A DNA stretch of 64,000 nucleotides from Squalus acanthias (GCA_030390025.1 CM059432.1:8060001-8124000), one strand, 5' to 3'. Shown: positions 11,473 through 24,223, counted from the stretch's first letter. Notes: generated by a model from the letters alone, not told the origin. Numbers and translations are program-made.

Positions 11473-12512
11473 ATAGAGTCATAACGGCACAGAAGGAGGC
11501 CATTCGGCCCATCGAGTCCGTGCCAGCCCTCTCTAGAGCAATCCAGTCAGTCCCACTCCCCTGCTCTATCCCCGTAGCCCTGCAAGTTTATTTCCCTCAA
11601 GTGCCTTATCCAGTCTCCCCTTCAAAACATTGAGTGTCTCCGCTTCCACCACTTCCATCGGCAGCAAGTTCCAGGTCCTCACCACTCGTTCCTGATAAAT
11701 ATGTCCTCTCAGTTCTGGTCTCATCCTTGTGAGCTATTTCTGCACCGTCTCCAGTGCCCCAGTATCCCTTTTATAATAGGGAACTGTGCACAGTACTCCA
11801 AGTGCGGGCTACCCGAGGTTCTTTTGCGCCCAAAAAGCGCTTGAACTTGCCCCGGTTAGGTTACAGTTCAAGTTTCTGCTAAAATTAATTTGCATAAACA
11901 CAAACGTAAAATCTTCCGTGAACCAGCGCAATCGGGCAGCTTAACGGAACGCAATCGTTTCTTTATCTTCGTTCCTTTAAAAAGTATTCCTGGATGTGTT
12001 TAAGAGCGGTAAACTGGTGAAGCTGTCTTAATACAGAAAATGGGTTTATCACCAAAAATAAGCCTTTTTAGTAAGGGTGTCCGGCATATGTTCCCTATCA
12101 TTTTTTTTGGGGGTGGGGATGCTCGGCCCCTTTAACCGGTTGCGTGGTCCGTTTAAATTTCCGCGCGGGCGCGGTTTTTTTAAAAGCCGGTGAGCGGCCT
12201 GCCCAGGACCTCCAGAAACGGGAACGTTGGTGTCCAGTCCTCCACCTGTGAGGAATCTGATTTAAAATCACTGAAAATTACTTTAAAAAAACTATCCTGA
12301 ACCGTTTAATGGTTTCATTGGTGTACAATTGGAGTGGGGCGGTGAGGAGTTCTGGACGGGAAACCCGGATGCAGGATGTATTTTATTTCTTTTTCAACAG
12401 GTTTCCCGTCCGAAAGCTTGCCTGATTGACAGGCGGTAAGGCCTGCGGACCAAAGCCGCATCCAGGGAGCAGCGAGCAGAAGGGGAGGGGGGGAGAGATT
12501 GCGATGAATAGA

Positions 12513-12966
12513 AGAACATCAGAACATAAGAAATAGGAGCAGGAGTAGGCCATTCGGCCCTTCGAGTCTGCTCTGCCATTCAATGAGATCATGGCTGATC
12601 TTCGACCTCAACTCCATTCACCGGCCCCATCGCCATATCCCTTGATGCCCTTACTAGTCAGAAATCTATCGACTTCTGTTTTGAATATACCCAATGACTG
12701 AGCCTCCACAGCCCTCTGGGGTAGAGAATTCCAAAGATTCACCACTCTCTGTGTGAAGAAATTTCTTCTCATCTCAGTCCTGAATGGCCGACCCTTTATC
12801 CTGAGGCTGTGGCCCCTGGTTCTAGACTCCCCAGCCAAGGGAAACATTCTCCCAGCATCCACCTTATCAAGCCCTGTAATAATTTTGTATGCTTCAATGA
12901 GATCCCCTCTCATTCTTCTGAATTCAAGAGAATACAGGCCTAGTTTACTCAATCTCTTCTCATACA
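12513..12966 (-). mobile_element. CR1 3' fragment
   Basis: YEKRLSKLGLYSLEFRRMRGDLIE..FFTQRVVNLWNSLP plus 3' UTR and tail. Confidence 0.9.
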
Positions 12967-13024
12967 ACAGAGGAGCAGGGGGGGGGGGGGGGGGGAAGGG
13001 GGGAGAGTGTGGAGGTGGAAGAAG

Positions 13025-13976
13025 GTCGCAGGGGAGTCGGAGATCACGGGGGAGTCGGAGATCACGGGGGAGTCGGAGATCGCGGGGGAGTCGGAGATCG
13101 CGGGGGAGTCGGAGATCGCGGGGGAGTCGGAGATCGCGGGGGAGTCGGAGATCGCGGGGGAGTCGGAGATCACGGGGGAGTCGGAGATCACGGGGGAGTC
13201 GGAGATCACGGGGGAGTCGGAGATCGCGGGGGAGTCGGAGATCGCGGGGGAGTCGGAGATCGCGGGGGAGTCGGAGATCGCGGGGGAGTCGGAGATCGCG
13301 GGGGAGTCGGAGATCGCGGGGGAGTCGGAGATCGCGGGGGAGTCGGAGATCACGGGAGAGTCGGAGATCGCGGGGGAGTCGGAGATCGCGGGGGAGTCGG
13401 AGATCGCGGGGGAGTAGGAGATCGCGGGGGAGTCGGAGATCTCGGGGGAGTCGGAGATCACGGGGGAGTCGGAGATCACGGGGGAGTCGGAGATCACGGG
13501 GGAGTCGGAGATCGCGGGGGAGTCGGAGATCGCGGGGGAGTCGGAGATCGCGGGGGAGTCGGAGATCGCGGGGGTGTCGGAGATCGCGGGAGAGTCGGAG
13601 ATCGCGGGGGAGTCGGAGATCGCGGGGGAGTCGGAGATCGCGGGGGAGTAGGAGATCGCGGGGGAGTCGGAGATCACGGGGGAGTCGGAGATCGCGGGAG
13701 AGTCGGAGATCGCGGGGGAGTCGGAGATCGCGGGGGAGTAGGAGATCGCGGGAGAGTCGGAGATCGCAGGGGAGTCGGAGATCGCGGGGGAGTAGGAGAT
13801 CGCGGGGGAGTCGGAGATCACGGGGGAGTCGGAGATCGCGGGGGAGTCGGAGATCGCAGGGGAGTCGGAGATCGCGGGAGAGTCGGAGATCGCGGGGGAG
13901 TCGGAGATCGCGGGGGAGTAGGAGATCGCGGGGGAGTCGGAGATCGCGGGGGAGTCGGAGATCGCGGGGGAGTCGG
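13025..13976. repeat. 18-bp minisatellite (GGAGTCGGAGATCGCGGG)n, about 53 units
   Basis: Direct inspection; a few variant units (CACGG, GTAGG, GGAGAG). Confidence 0.95.
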
Positions 13977-14462
13977 CCGATCATTGAGGGGAGTCACAGA
14001 GGTTAGCTTGTTGGGCCTGGAGGAAACACTCCTGCTCCTGCTGGCCCACAAGCAGTGCTGTAAGGGCACTTACCCCATGGATCCAGCCCTACTCGCCTCC
14101 TTTTACCTACCGGGTTTCCCGAGGCCTGGGGATCCCGACCAACGTGGATAAAAAAATAAAAATCCTATTAAAACGGAGGCACGCTGCCTCCTTACAGGCT
14201 TTTACCGACTGACCTGCCTCCTGTGAGTGGACCCCAAACCCGCCTGCTCTTGGGGGTTAATGCTGAGTCCAGAGGGTTGAGTGGCAGATAGGCTGAGGAG
14301 GGAGGTGGGTGTCAGTGCCACTGGAACTATATCCCACCATTACTCTCGACCTTCAGGAGAGAAAAAAAGCCTTGCATTTATATAGCGGCTTTCACGACCA
14401 GCGGACTCCCAAAGTGCTTTACAGCCAATGAAGTACTTTTTGAAGTGTAGTCACTGTTGTAA

Positions 14463-14826
14463 TTACATAGGGTTACATAGGATATACGGCACAGGAACAG
14501 GCCATTCGGCCCAACCAGTCCATGCCGGCGTTTATGCTCCACACGAGCCTCCTCCCGTCTTTCCTCATCGAAATCTATCAGCATAATCCTCTATTCCCTT
14601 CTCCCTCATATGCTTCTCTAGCCTCCCCTTAAATGCATCTATAAAATTTACTTCAACCACTCCCTGTGGTAGCGAGTTCCACATTCTCACCACTCTTTGG
14701 GTAAAGAAGTTTCTTCTGAATTCCCTATTGGATTTCTTGGTGACTATCTTATATTGACGGCCTCAAGTTTTGCTCTTTCCCACATGTGGAAACACTCTCT
14801 CTGTATCCACTCTATCAAAACCTTTC
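14463..14826 (-). mobile_element. CR1 3' fragment (preceded by a DeuSINE tail at ~14356-14463)
   Basis: Reverse-complement similarity to the CR1 at 24918-25360. Confidence 0.8.
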
Positions 14827-15109
14827 AACCTTGTTTTCAGAATTGCTTGAGACATTCAGAACATATTTTCTGCACCAGTTCCCAGATGTCTGCCATCACG
14901 TGTGAAGTCCTGAACAGCATGGCAATAATCTAACTGCAAGCCCTGAGTTCTCACACTTAACTTAATCCTAAACCTTTCCTTATTGACACTGAAATTCGGT
15001 GTTGCAACCCAATGCCGCAATATGTGTCATGTTCTCCTGTTTTATGGCCCTGCTGATGTTGTTCCTCTATTTCTCACCCCTTTGCCCCGCCCCACCCCAC
15101 CCTACCTCC

Positions 15110-15325
15110 CAGTCACCCAAAACTCTGCTGTCCGTATCCTAACTCGCACCACGACCCGTTCACACGTCACCCCCTGTGCTCGCTGACCTACATTGGCTCC
15201 GGTTCCGGCAACACCTCGATTTTAAAATTCTCATCCTCGCTTTCAAATCCCTCTACGCCCTCGCCCCTCCCTATCTCGGTAACCTTCTCCAGCCCTACAA
15301 CCCCCCGAGAAATCTGCGCTCATTC
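15110..15325 (+). mobile_element. L2 fragment
   Basis: QNSAVRILTRT..LADLHWL..LDFKILILAFKSL. Confidence 0.8.
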
Positions 15326-15942
15326 TTCATTCAGCTAGTCAGTTCAGTTCCTGTTCATACTGTGTGCCCTTCACTTCACCCAATACATGGAGAATTACAT
15401 CGAATGTACAGCACAGAAACAGCCCATTTGGCCCAACTGGTCAGTGCCGGCGTTTATGCTCCACACGAGCCTCCTCCCACCCCTCTTCATCCAACCCTGT
15501 GCTTTTGCAATGGCTTTACTCACATGACCAGCTGAATTCCTTCCATACGATCGCATCAGTAATAATCTCTCGGGTTCTGAGTAAATCTCAGAAATTGAAA
15601 TCCACTGAGATTATCTCCAATTAGGGACACCGATCCAGAAATAACACATTGGAAACTCTAAGTGGTATGACAAATCCTCACAGCACTTTCGCAGTTGATT
15701 TAGAACAAGATGTGCTTTTCCTTTGATAAACTGTTATTGGAGTCATTCTAATGACAGTATGTCGACATACTGGAACGGATTAGACAGGTTCTGAGAAGGA
15801 GGCTTAGTGCTGGCAGTTGATTTGTCCAAATTTATGATGATGTGACATTTGGAACTGCAGACTCAGATCCTGGACTGTGCATCCAAGATTTCCAACATGG
15901 AAATGGAGAGAAAGAAAACAGCTTCAATGAGCTCACCAGAAT

Positions 15943-18037
15943 GGGCCAGAATTTGCTGTCAAAATAAGGGTGAGGCTTCTGGCGCTCGCTGTTATTTATG
16001 GGTAAATGGTACAGCAAGATTCAGGCAAGGGGCAGATGCGCGGTTAAATGTAAATATCCAAATGTTGCAGGCTGAGTTGCACCGCTCCGTTTCACGAAAT
16101 CGGAATCGTGCCCTTAGCCTCACCGTTTTGTTAGGGACTTGCTGTACGGTAACACAGCAGCAGGCCTGGGCTCATGATCCGGGGGCAAGAGTTCAAATTG
16201 GGGAATTTAAATTCAGTTAATTAAATACATCTGGAATTAAAAAGCTAGTATCAGCAATGGTGACCATGAAACTACCAGATTGTCATAAAAACTCACCTGG
16301 TTCACTAATGTCCTTTCATGGAAGGAAATCTGCCGTCCTTACCCGGTCTGGCCTGTATGCCCAGGCCCACAGCAATGTGGTTGACTCTTAACAGCCCTCT
16401 GAAATGGCCTAGCAAGCCGCTCGAGCACAATTAGGGATGGGCAATAAAGGCCGGCCTTGCCAGTGACGCCCACATCCCGTGAACAAATTTAAACAAAAAA
16501 TTTGCCCATTAAACTCGCCACAGAAAGTTAAGCCTTTTCATTACAAACGTAAGTACCCTTTCAACAACGTGATAAGTGCTAATTACTGCCAGTCAGCCTC
16601 TCGAGCACTGAAAATTGACTACTACAAGTGTGGAGTCTCATTCCTTCTGGGTTTGAATTTTTTGGGGGGGGAGATTTTTAAAATGTCATTTTTTAATTTT
16701 TTCTTACTTTTCCCTTCTGTCACTTTTCTGTCTTTCTCTCTTAATCCAATCTTTCTTTCCCTCTCTTTATTTTTCTTTCTGTACCTGATGTGACATTGAA
16801 TTTCACCCGCTTTAACTCACCCTCCTTCTCAGTCCTTCCTGTGCTTATTTCCCAATCCTTCAATCTCATTGGTTAAGGAGTTACACGGCTGGTTGCCCTG
16901 TGAACTCAGGTCCCAGTTGCCCCGTTATCAGCTCGCACTTTCAGCAACTTAGTGGGCAAACGTTTTTGGAGCTGAAGGGTGCAGGAACGGTATATATCAG
17001 GGTGTGGCATATATCAATGATCTAGACTTGAGTATAGGGGGTATGATTAAGAAGTTTACAGATGATACTAAAATCGGCTGTGTGGTTGATACTGAAGAAG
17101 GAAGCTGTAGACTGCAGGAAGATATCAATAAATTGGTCAGGTGGGCAGAACAGTGGCAAATGGAATTCAATCCGGAGAAGTGTGAGGTAATGCATTTGGG
17201 GAGGGCTAACAAGGAAAGGGAATACACATTAAATGGTAGGACACTGAGTAGTGTAGAGGAACAAAGGGACCTTGGGGTGCATGTCCACAGATCCCTGAAG
17301 GTAGCAGGCCAGGTAGATAAGGTGGTTAAGAAGGCATACGGAATGCTTGCCTTTATTAGCCGTGGCATAGAATACAAGATCAGGCGGGTTATGCTTCAAC
17401 TGTATAAAACACTAGTTAGGCCTCAGCTAGAGTACTGCGTGCAGTTCTGGTCACCACATTACAGGAAAGATGTGATTGCACTAGAGAGGGTACAGAGGAG
17501 ATTTACAAGGATGTTGCTGGGAGTAGAGAACCTTAGCTATGAGGAAAGACTGGATAGGCTGGGTCTGTTTTCCTTGGAACAGAGGAGGCCGAGGGGAGAC
17601 CTTATTGAGGTGTATAAAATTATGAGGGGCCTAGATAAAGTGGATAGAAAGGACCTATTTCCCTTAGCAGAAGGGTCAAAAACCAGGGGGCACAGATTTA
17701 AAGTAATTGGTGGGAGGTTTAGAGGGGATTTGAGGGGAAATTTCTTCACCCAGAGGGTTGTGGGGGTCTGGAACTCACTGCCTGAAAGAGTGGTAGAGGC
17801 AGGAAACCTAACCACATTTAAAAAGTACTTGGATGTGCACTTGGGATGCTCTAACCTGCAGGGCTACGGACCAAGAGCTGGGAAGTGGGATTAGGCTGGT
17901 TAGCTCTTTGTTGGCCGGTGCGGACACGATGGGCCGAAATGGCCTCCTTCCGTGCTGTAACTTTTTATGATTCTATGAGCAGGTCTACCAAACAGCAGAA
18001 GCCAATAGATGTCCTGCCACAGCAAAATCAAGGACCA
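15943..18037. mobile_element. Old TIR element (related to 23289-24223) interrupted by a SINE and a CR1
   Basis: Ends GGGCCAGAATTTGCTG / CAGCAAAATCAAGGACC; 16500-16980 aligns by eye with 23710-24175. Confidence 0.55.
17000..17977 (+). mobile_element. CR1 LINE, 5'-truncated, with an open 296-aa ORF2 C-terminus (17004-17894)
   Basis: YINDL..KFTDDTK (catalytic FADD mutated) ..LYKTLVRPQLEYCVQFWSP; close inverted sister of 29378-30350. Confidence 0.95.
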
Positions 18038-18190
18038 CTGAGTATTATTAAAGCTGTTTAACGGGCAACCAATTCTTGCATCCTCCGATACATACAACCC
18101 TGTGGAACAGAAATGTAAAACAAATCAGGAATCTTTGATGTATTGAACTGCCTTCTATACTTTCAGTCAGGACTGCCTTTATAGGAAGGA

Positions 18191-20013
18191 TGCGGAGATG
18201 CCGGTGTTGGACTGGGGTGGACAAAATTGAGAGGTCGCACAACACCAGGTTATAGTCCAACAGTTTTATTTGAAATCACAAGCTTTCGGAGCTATCGATT
18301 GCTCCTTCCTCAGGTGAAGTAAATTAATACAGAATCGCCAAAGCATATATAGATAGAAAACAAAGCATGTGTACCTTACAATTGCAGACCACTAAATTAA
18401 ATCATCCTGACTATCTGCCGAGGTGTGATAAAGTTAATTAAGTCAGCCAGGAAGGTACCACATCAAAGACATAGCAAGATACAACTGAGACAATGAGGTG
18501 TAGTCGCAGGGGTTCTAACGTGTCAAAAGCTGCCGTCTGTATGTAAAACGAAAAGCTTTCAAATTTTTACTTTTTTACTGGGAAAATTTTTACTTTTTTA
18601 CTGGGAATCACATCTGTGAACAAGCTAACGACGACTCGAGTCCGGATCACGTCATGTATCGTGACATAAACCCAAGATCCCGATTGAGACCGTCTTCATG
18701 AGTGCGGAACTTGGCTATCAGTTTCTGCTCGATGATTTTGCGTTGTCGTGTGTTTCTAAGGTTGCCTTGGAGAACGCTTACCCCGCAGATCCGAGGCTGA
18801 ATGTCCTTGACTGCTGAAGTGTTCCCCGACTGGGAGGTAACAATCCTGCCTGGCGATTGTTGCACGGTGCTCGTTCATACGTTGTCTCAGTGTCTGCATG
18901 GTCTCGCCGATGTACCATGCCGCGGTGCATTCTTTCCTGCAACGTATGAAGTAGACAACGTTGGCCGAGTCACATGAGTATGTACCATGTACCTGGTGGG
19001 TAGTGTCCTCACGTGTGATGGTGGTATCTGTGTTGATGATCTGGCATGTCTTGCAGAGTTTGCCATGGCAGGGTTGTGTGGTGTCGTGGTCGCTGTTATC
19101 CTGAAAGCTGGGTAATTTGCTGCGAACGATGGTACTTCTGAGGTTAGGCGGCTGTTTGAAGGCAAGTAGTGGAGGCGTGGGGATGGTCTTAGCGAGGTGT
19201 TTGTCGTCATCGATGACATGTTGAAGGCTGCGAAGAACATGGCGTAGTTTCTCCGCTCCGGGGAAGTACTGGACGACGTAGGGTACCCTGTTGGTTGTGT
19301 CCCGTGTTTGCCTTCTGAGGAGGTCTATGCGATTTTTCGCTGTGGCCCGTCGGAACTGTCGATCGATGAGTCGAGCGTCATATCCCGTTCTTACGAGGGC
19401 GTTTTTCAGCGTTCGTAGGTGTCCATCGCGTTCCTCCTCGTCTGAGCAGATCCTGTGTATTCGCAGGGCTTGTCCATAGGGGATGGCTTCTTTAACATGG
19501 TTAGGGTGGAAGCTGGAGAAGTGGAGCATCGTGAGGTTGTCCGTGGGCTTGCGGTAGAGTGAAGTGCTGAGGTGTCCGTCTTTGATGGAGATTCGTGTGT
19601 CCAGGAATGAGACCGATTCTGAGGAGTAGTCCATGGTGAGTTTGATGGTGGGATGGAACTTGTTTATGTTATCGTGTAGTCTTTTCAGTGATCCTTCGCC
19701 ATGGGTCCAAAGGAAGAAAATGTCGTCGATGTATCTGGTGTACAGCGTTGGCTGGAGGTCCTGTGCAGCGAAGAAGTCTTGCTCGAACTTGTGCATGAAG
19801 ATGTTGGCGTATTGGGGTGCGAATTTGGTCCCCATGGCTGTTCCGTGTGTTTGGGTAAAAAAATGGTTGTCGAAGGTGAAGACATTGTGGTCAAGGATGA
19901 AGCGGATGAGTTGTAGGATGGCGTCTGGAGGAAGGAGCAATCGATAGCTCCGAAAGCTTGTGATTTCAAATAAAACTGTTGGACTATAACCTGGTGTTGT
20001 GCGACCTCTCAAT
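18191..20013 (-). mobile_element. Penelope-like retroelement, 5'-truncated, with an inverted partial pLTR at its 5' end
   Basis: RT + GIY-YIG ORF; 3' pLTR 18191-18325; inverted pLTR 19928-20016; TSD TTTATAGGAAGGA (18178-18190, 20014-20026). Confidence 0.95.
18647..19927 (-). pseudogene. Penelope reverse transcriptase-GIY-YIG endonuclease (truncated; one frameshift near 18785)
   Basis: QTHGTAMG, YTRYIDD, SLYRKPTD, CxxC, NVVYFIRC..WYIGET; continues in the other frame as VSVLQGN..EQKLI..GLNRD. Confidence 0.92.
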
Positions 20014-20134
20014 TTTATAGGAAGGACACAGGCCTGGAATTTCCTAGCGCCCTGCTCTGCTGGTGTAACTCTGTCCCAAATTCATTCCTGCTATTGGCGT
20101 AGAGGAGGCCTTCTCTTCACCACCACATCTAAAT

Positions 20135-21345
20135 GGTGCATCACTGTGCACAGTTGTGGTCTCCTTATCTGAGGAAGGATATACTTGCCTTAGAGGCGGT
20201 GCAACAAAGGTTCACTAGATTGATCCCTGGGATGAGAGGGTTGTCCTATGAGGAGAGATTGTGTAGAATGGGCCAAAACTCTCTGGAGTTTAGACGAATG
20301 AGAGGTGATCTCATTGAAACATACAAGATTCTGAGGGGGATTGACAGGGTAGATGCTGAGTGGTTGTTTCCCCTGGCTGGAGTGTCTATAACTAAGGGGC
20401 ATAGTCTCAGGATAAGGGATAGGCCATTTAAGACTGAGATGACGAGGAATTTCTTCACTTAGAGGGTTGTGAATCTTTGGAATTCTCTACCCCAAAGGGC
20501 TGTGAATGCTGAGTCATTGAGTATATTCAAGGCTGAGATAGATAGGGGGAGAAATTCGGTTGCACCCACATTGGGGCGCTAACTTTGCTGCGGCGCTACT
20601 TTTAGCACCCCTGGGCTGTAAATTGAGTGGTAATGCCCCAAGCAGGAGGCGGGGCGCCACTGGAAACGCTCCCCCTCTTTCCTGGGGTGCTACCACTCAA
20701 TATCGTGGCACTACGTGCAACAGCGCCACACGCGTCGGCACGTAGCGCCGCGGCATTACAGGCCTCCCTACCCTGATTAAAGAGGAGGGGCCTAGCGAGT
20801 ACCGGGCTGACCGATCGCGGCCGCATGAAGAAGTGGGAGGGGGCAGGTGCTGGCAGGCGGCCCCAAAAAAAATGTCCGCCCGGCACCTGCCCTTTAAGTT
20901 GCACCACCGCGGCCGCAAAAATGCCCCCCTGACCCTGTCGGACATAGCGTCCGGCGGTAGGTCAGGGGGCGCGACCGAAGTTTGCGGCCAGGGCGCGAGC
21001 GGGGACGCTGCGCACAGCGATGATGTCATCGCTGGAGGTGCAGCGCCGCGGACCACTACTGGTTACCGCCGCCGCTAGCCTCCCGCTGAATTTCGCGGCT
21101 GCCGTTAGAGGCGCCGCGCCCAGGAGCGAAGGGCTTTTCCCCCCATGGGTGCTCACGGGAGGCGCAAAGCAACCCATTTTTTCCCCCCATAGATTTTTGG
21201 ACTCTAGGGGAATCAAGGGATATGTGGATCAGGTGGGAGAGTGGAGTTGAGGTCAAAGATCAGCCATGATCTTATTGAATGGCGGAGCAGGCTCGAGGGG
21301 CCGTATGGCCGACTCCTGCTCCTATTTCTTATGTTCTGATGTTCT
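20135..21345 (+). mobile_element. CR1 3' fragment split by a MITE
   Basis: WSPYLRKDILALEAVQQRFTRLIPG..; resumes at 21189. Confidence 0.9.
20545..21188. mobile_element. Harbinger-type GC-rich MITE
   Basis: TIR GGGGGAGAAATT / ATTTTTTCCCCCC; TSD ATA. Confidence 0.9.
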
Positions 21346-21640
21346 TAACAGTTCCATGGATTATCTTCCTCCATCCCTCCTCAAATATGCCATCATCTTT
21401 ACAGACCCTTCTCTGTAAACATCACACAGCTCCCATTCAAACCACGCAAAAGCAACTTCTAAACCTCATAGAGAATGCCGCGCGCAACTTTTAGCGCAAC
21501 CATGATTTTAAGGAATACTCTAGTTTGTGTGTGTGTCCCTTGTGTTTCTTACCAGTGTGTGGAGAATGCACTTTTAACCCTAATCTAGTGTGCCTCTTAA
21601 GTCCTAACTGAGCAGCAGACATGTATGTGGTGGCCTGACT

Positions 21641-22470
21641 ATGGTCAGTGTGGCTCAGTGCATAGCACTCTTGCCCTCAGAGTCAGAAGGTTGTGGGTTG
21701 AAGTCTCGTTCCAGAGACTTGAGCACATAATCTAGACTGACACTCCAGTGCAGTACCGAGGGAGCGCTGCACAGTCTGGAAGTGCTGTTGTTCGGATGGG
21801 ACCTTAAACCAAGGATGTCTGCCTTCTTAGGTAGCTGTTAAAGAACCCACGGCACTATTTCCAAGACGAGCAGGGGAATTCTCCCTGGTGTTTTGGACAA
21901 TATTTAACCCTCAATCAAAATAACTAAAACAGATTATCTGGTCATTGCTGTTTGTGGGATCTTGCTGTGCTCAAATTGGCTGCTGTGTTTCCTACATTAC
22001 AATAGTGACTACATTTCAGAGAAAGACTTGCGCCTTTCACGATGTCCGAAAGCACTTTATAGCCAATGAAGTACTTTTTGAAGTGTAGTCACTGTTGTAA
22101 TGTGGGAAACGCAGCAGCCAATTTGCGCACAGCAAGCTCCCACAAACAGCAATGTGATAATAACCAGATAATCTGTTTTTTTAGTGATGTTGATTGAGGG
22201 ATAAATATTGGCCCAGGACACCGGGGATAACTTGCCTGCTGTTCTTTGAAATAGTACCATGGGATATTTTACGTCCACCTGAGAGAGCAGACGGGGCCTC
22301 GGTTTTAACGCCTCGTCCGAAAAACAGCACCTCCGACAGTGCAGCGCTCCCTCAGCACTGCACTGGCCGTCTAGATTTTTGTGCTCAAGTCTCTGGAGTG
22401 GGACTTGGAACCCACAACCTTCTGACTCAGGGGCGAGGGAGTGCTACCCACTGAGCCACGGCTGACACAC
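21641..22470. mobile_element. Two DeuSINEs tail-to-tail (21641-22020 +, 22021-22470 -)
   Basis: tRNA-like head TGGCTCAGTG..GGTT(C/G)AAGTC; Deu-like core GATCCCATGGCACTATTT..CCCCGGTGTCCTGG. Confidence 0.85.
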
Positions 22471-22823
22471 ACCTTGCTAGCTTTAGTACCATGTGATCCA
22501 TGTTACTATGGGGTTTCACATCTACGCAACAGTCTGGGCTGCTCAAGTCAAGAGAAATATTTCTTTTGTGTTCTTTATTGCCTTCATAATTCACAATAAC
22601 CAAAAGTACCTCATTGGCTGTAAAGTGCTTTGGGACATCCTGAGGCCATGAAAGGCGCTATATTAATGCAAGTCTTTTTCTTTCTACAATGTGTCAATAC
22701 ACATCCGCTGTGCCACCCTGGCCCCTTCCCGCTTTTTGCCACACAGTCATGATAGCTAAGGGTGCAGGTGAGCAGGCTGCCATCCTAACAGACAGCGCCA
22801 TGATTTCCTTAATGTGCTCTTAC

Positions 22824-23078
22824 GGTGCGGGTGATGGTTCCTGATGGATGCATCCAAACTGGTCATGCTGGTCACAGCGGGGAAGGCGGTGATATTTGAG
22901 TCCATTCCAAACTTGGTGCTATTTTTCGGAATGTCTTTCAGTTCCCTGGCAGCCTGGGAATGGGGGCACATCCAGATTCCAGAGAATCTAAGGAATGCTT
23001 TCTCGGGCTCGCTCACTAACCTCAGTGTTTGGATTTCAGTTTCAGATTCAGATAATCCTGAGCCTTCGAGCCTTGCAT
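22824..23078 (-). CDS. Candidate 255-bp symmetric (phase 1-1) exon, Ser/Thr-rich, unidentified
   Basis: Acceptor TTTTAG, donor GTAAGA, open frame DARLEGSGLSESETEIQTLRLVSEPEKAF..NSTKFGMDSNITAFPAVTSMTSL..; unique sequence. Confidence 0.3.
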
Positions 23079-23288
23079 CTAAAATCCAAATGATCTCCTC
23101 CCTAGCTTTAGTACAATGGGATCCATTTTACTACCGGATTTCACATCTGCGCAACAGTCAAGAGAAATATTTCTTTTGGGTCCCTTATTGCCTTCATAAT
23201 TCACATTTACCAACAGGTATGTGCAGATGTAGAAAATATGCAGAAACCCTTATATAGTTTCTGTACTATTTCACTGTTTAAACACTTT

Positions 23289-24223
23289 GGGTCGAATCTT
23301 GCTGGAAAAATAATGATTCACGCCGTTATTAAACCCGCAAATCGGCCAGCAAGTTCAGGGGATGAAGAGATATGCCGTGAGTTGTGAATCTCCAGAACTT
23401 GCTGCTCGATTTACGTTGCTCCGCCGTGAGCTTCGCGCAAACGGCATTTCGCCCTTAGTCTTCCCGTTATTTTTAAGAACCTGTTGGATTTTTTTTTTAT
23501 TATTAGTTTTTTATGGGATGTGGGCGTCGCTGGCAAGGCCAGCATTTATTGCCCATCCCTAATTGCCCTTGAGGAGGTGGTGGTGAGCCGCCTTCTTGAA
23601 CCGCTGCAGTCCGTGCGGTGAAGGTACTCCCACAGTGCTGTTAGGGAGGGAGTTCCAGGAGTTTGACCCAGCGACGATGAAGGATCGACGATTAATATTT
23701 GCATATTAATTGCCCATTAAACTCATTGCAGAAAGTTAGGGCTGGAGCCTAACAGCCTAAGTACCTTTTTAACAACGTGATAATTGTTAATGCAATGCCA
23801 ATCAACCTCTCTGACCCAGAAAGTGAACAATTTAAACTGTTCAGTCCATTCCTTCAGGTAATAAATTGTTGTTGGAGATGTTAAAATGTCAAATTTTACA
23901 TTTTTAAATAGTTTTCTTACTTTTCCTTTCTGTCTCTTTTTTTCTCTCTCTCTTAATCCAATCATTCTTTCCCTCTTATTTCTCTTTCTGTACCTGATTT
24001 GACTCTAACTCACCCTCATTCTCACTCCTTCCTCTGGTTCTTTCTCAATCCTTAAATCTCATTGGTTAAGGATGGTCCTGTCGTTCACCAAGGTCCCAAA
24101 TGCCCTCGCCGCCCTGTTATCAGCTTGCACTTCCAGCAAGTAAAGGGGCAATAAAATATTTGAGCTGAAGGATGAGGGAAAAAGTCTAACTCACGGGGCA
24201 AGTGCTCCAGGAAAAACTGGCCC
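23289..24223. mobile_element. Old TIR element containing a LINE 3' end (~23490-23690, -)
   Basis: Ends GGGTCGAATCTTGCTGGA / TCCAGGAAAAACTGGCCC. Confidence 0.6.

Larger units (their letters stand above)
8295..11822 (-). mobile_element. CR1 3' fragment broken into three pieces (8295-8624, 10592-10635, ~11689-11822) by nested insertions
   Basis: The pieces are collinear with the CR1 at 3612-4208. Confidence 0.75.

Noticed and set aside
13025..13976. CRISPR-like array
   Set aside because: Contiguous tandem units with no unique spacers, no cas genes, vertebrate context
12608..14151. Long ORFs of 290-458 aa (RDLRLP, GSRRSR, GGVGDR repeats)
   Set aside because: Translations of the 18-bp minisatellite, partly fused by chance to a CR1 fragment; the unit length is a multiple of 3 and lacks stops
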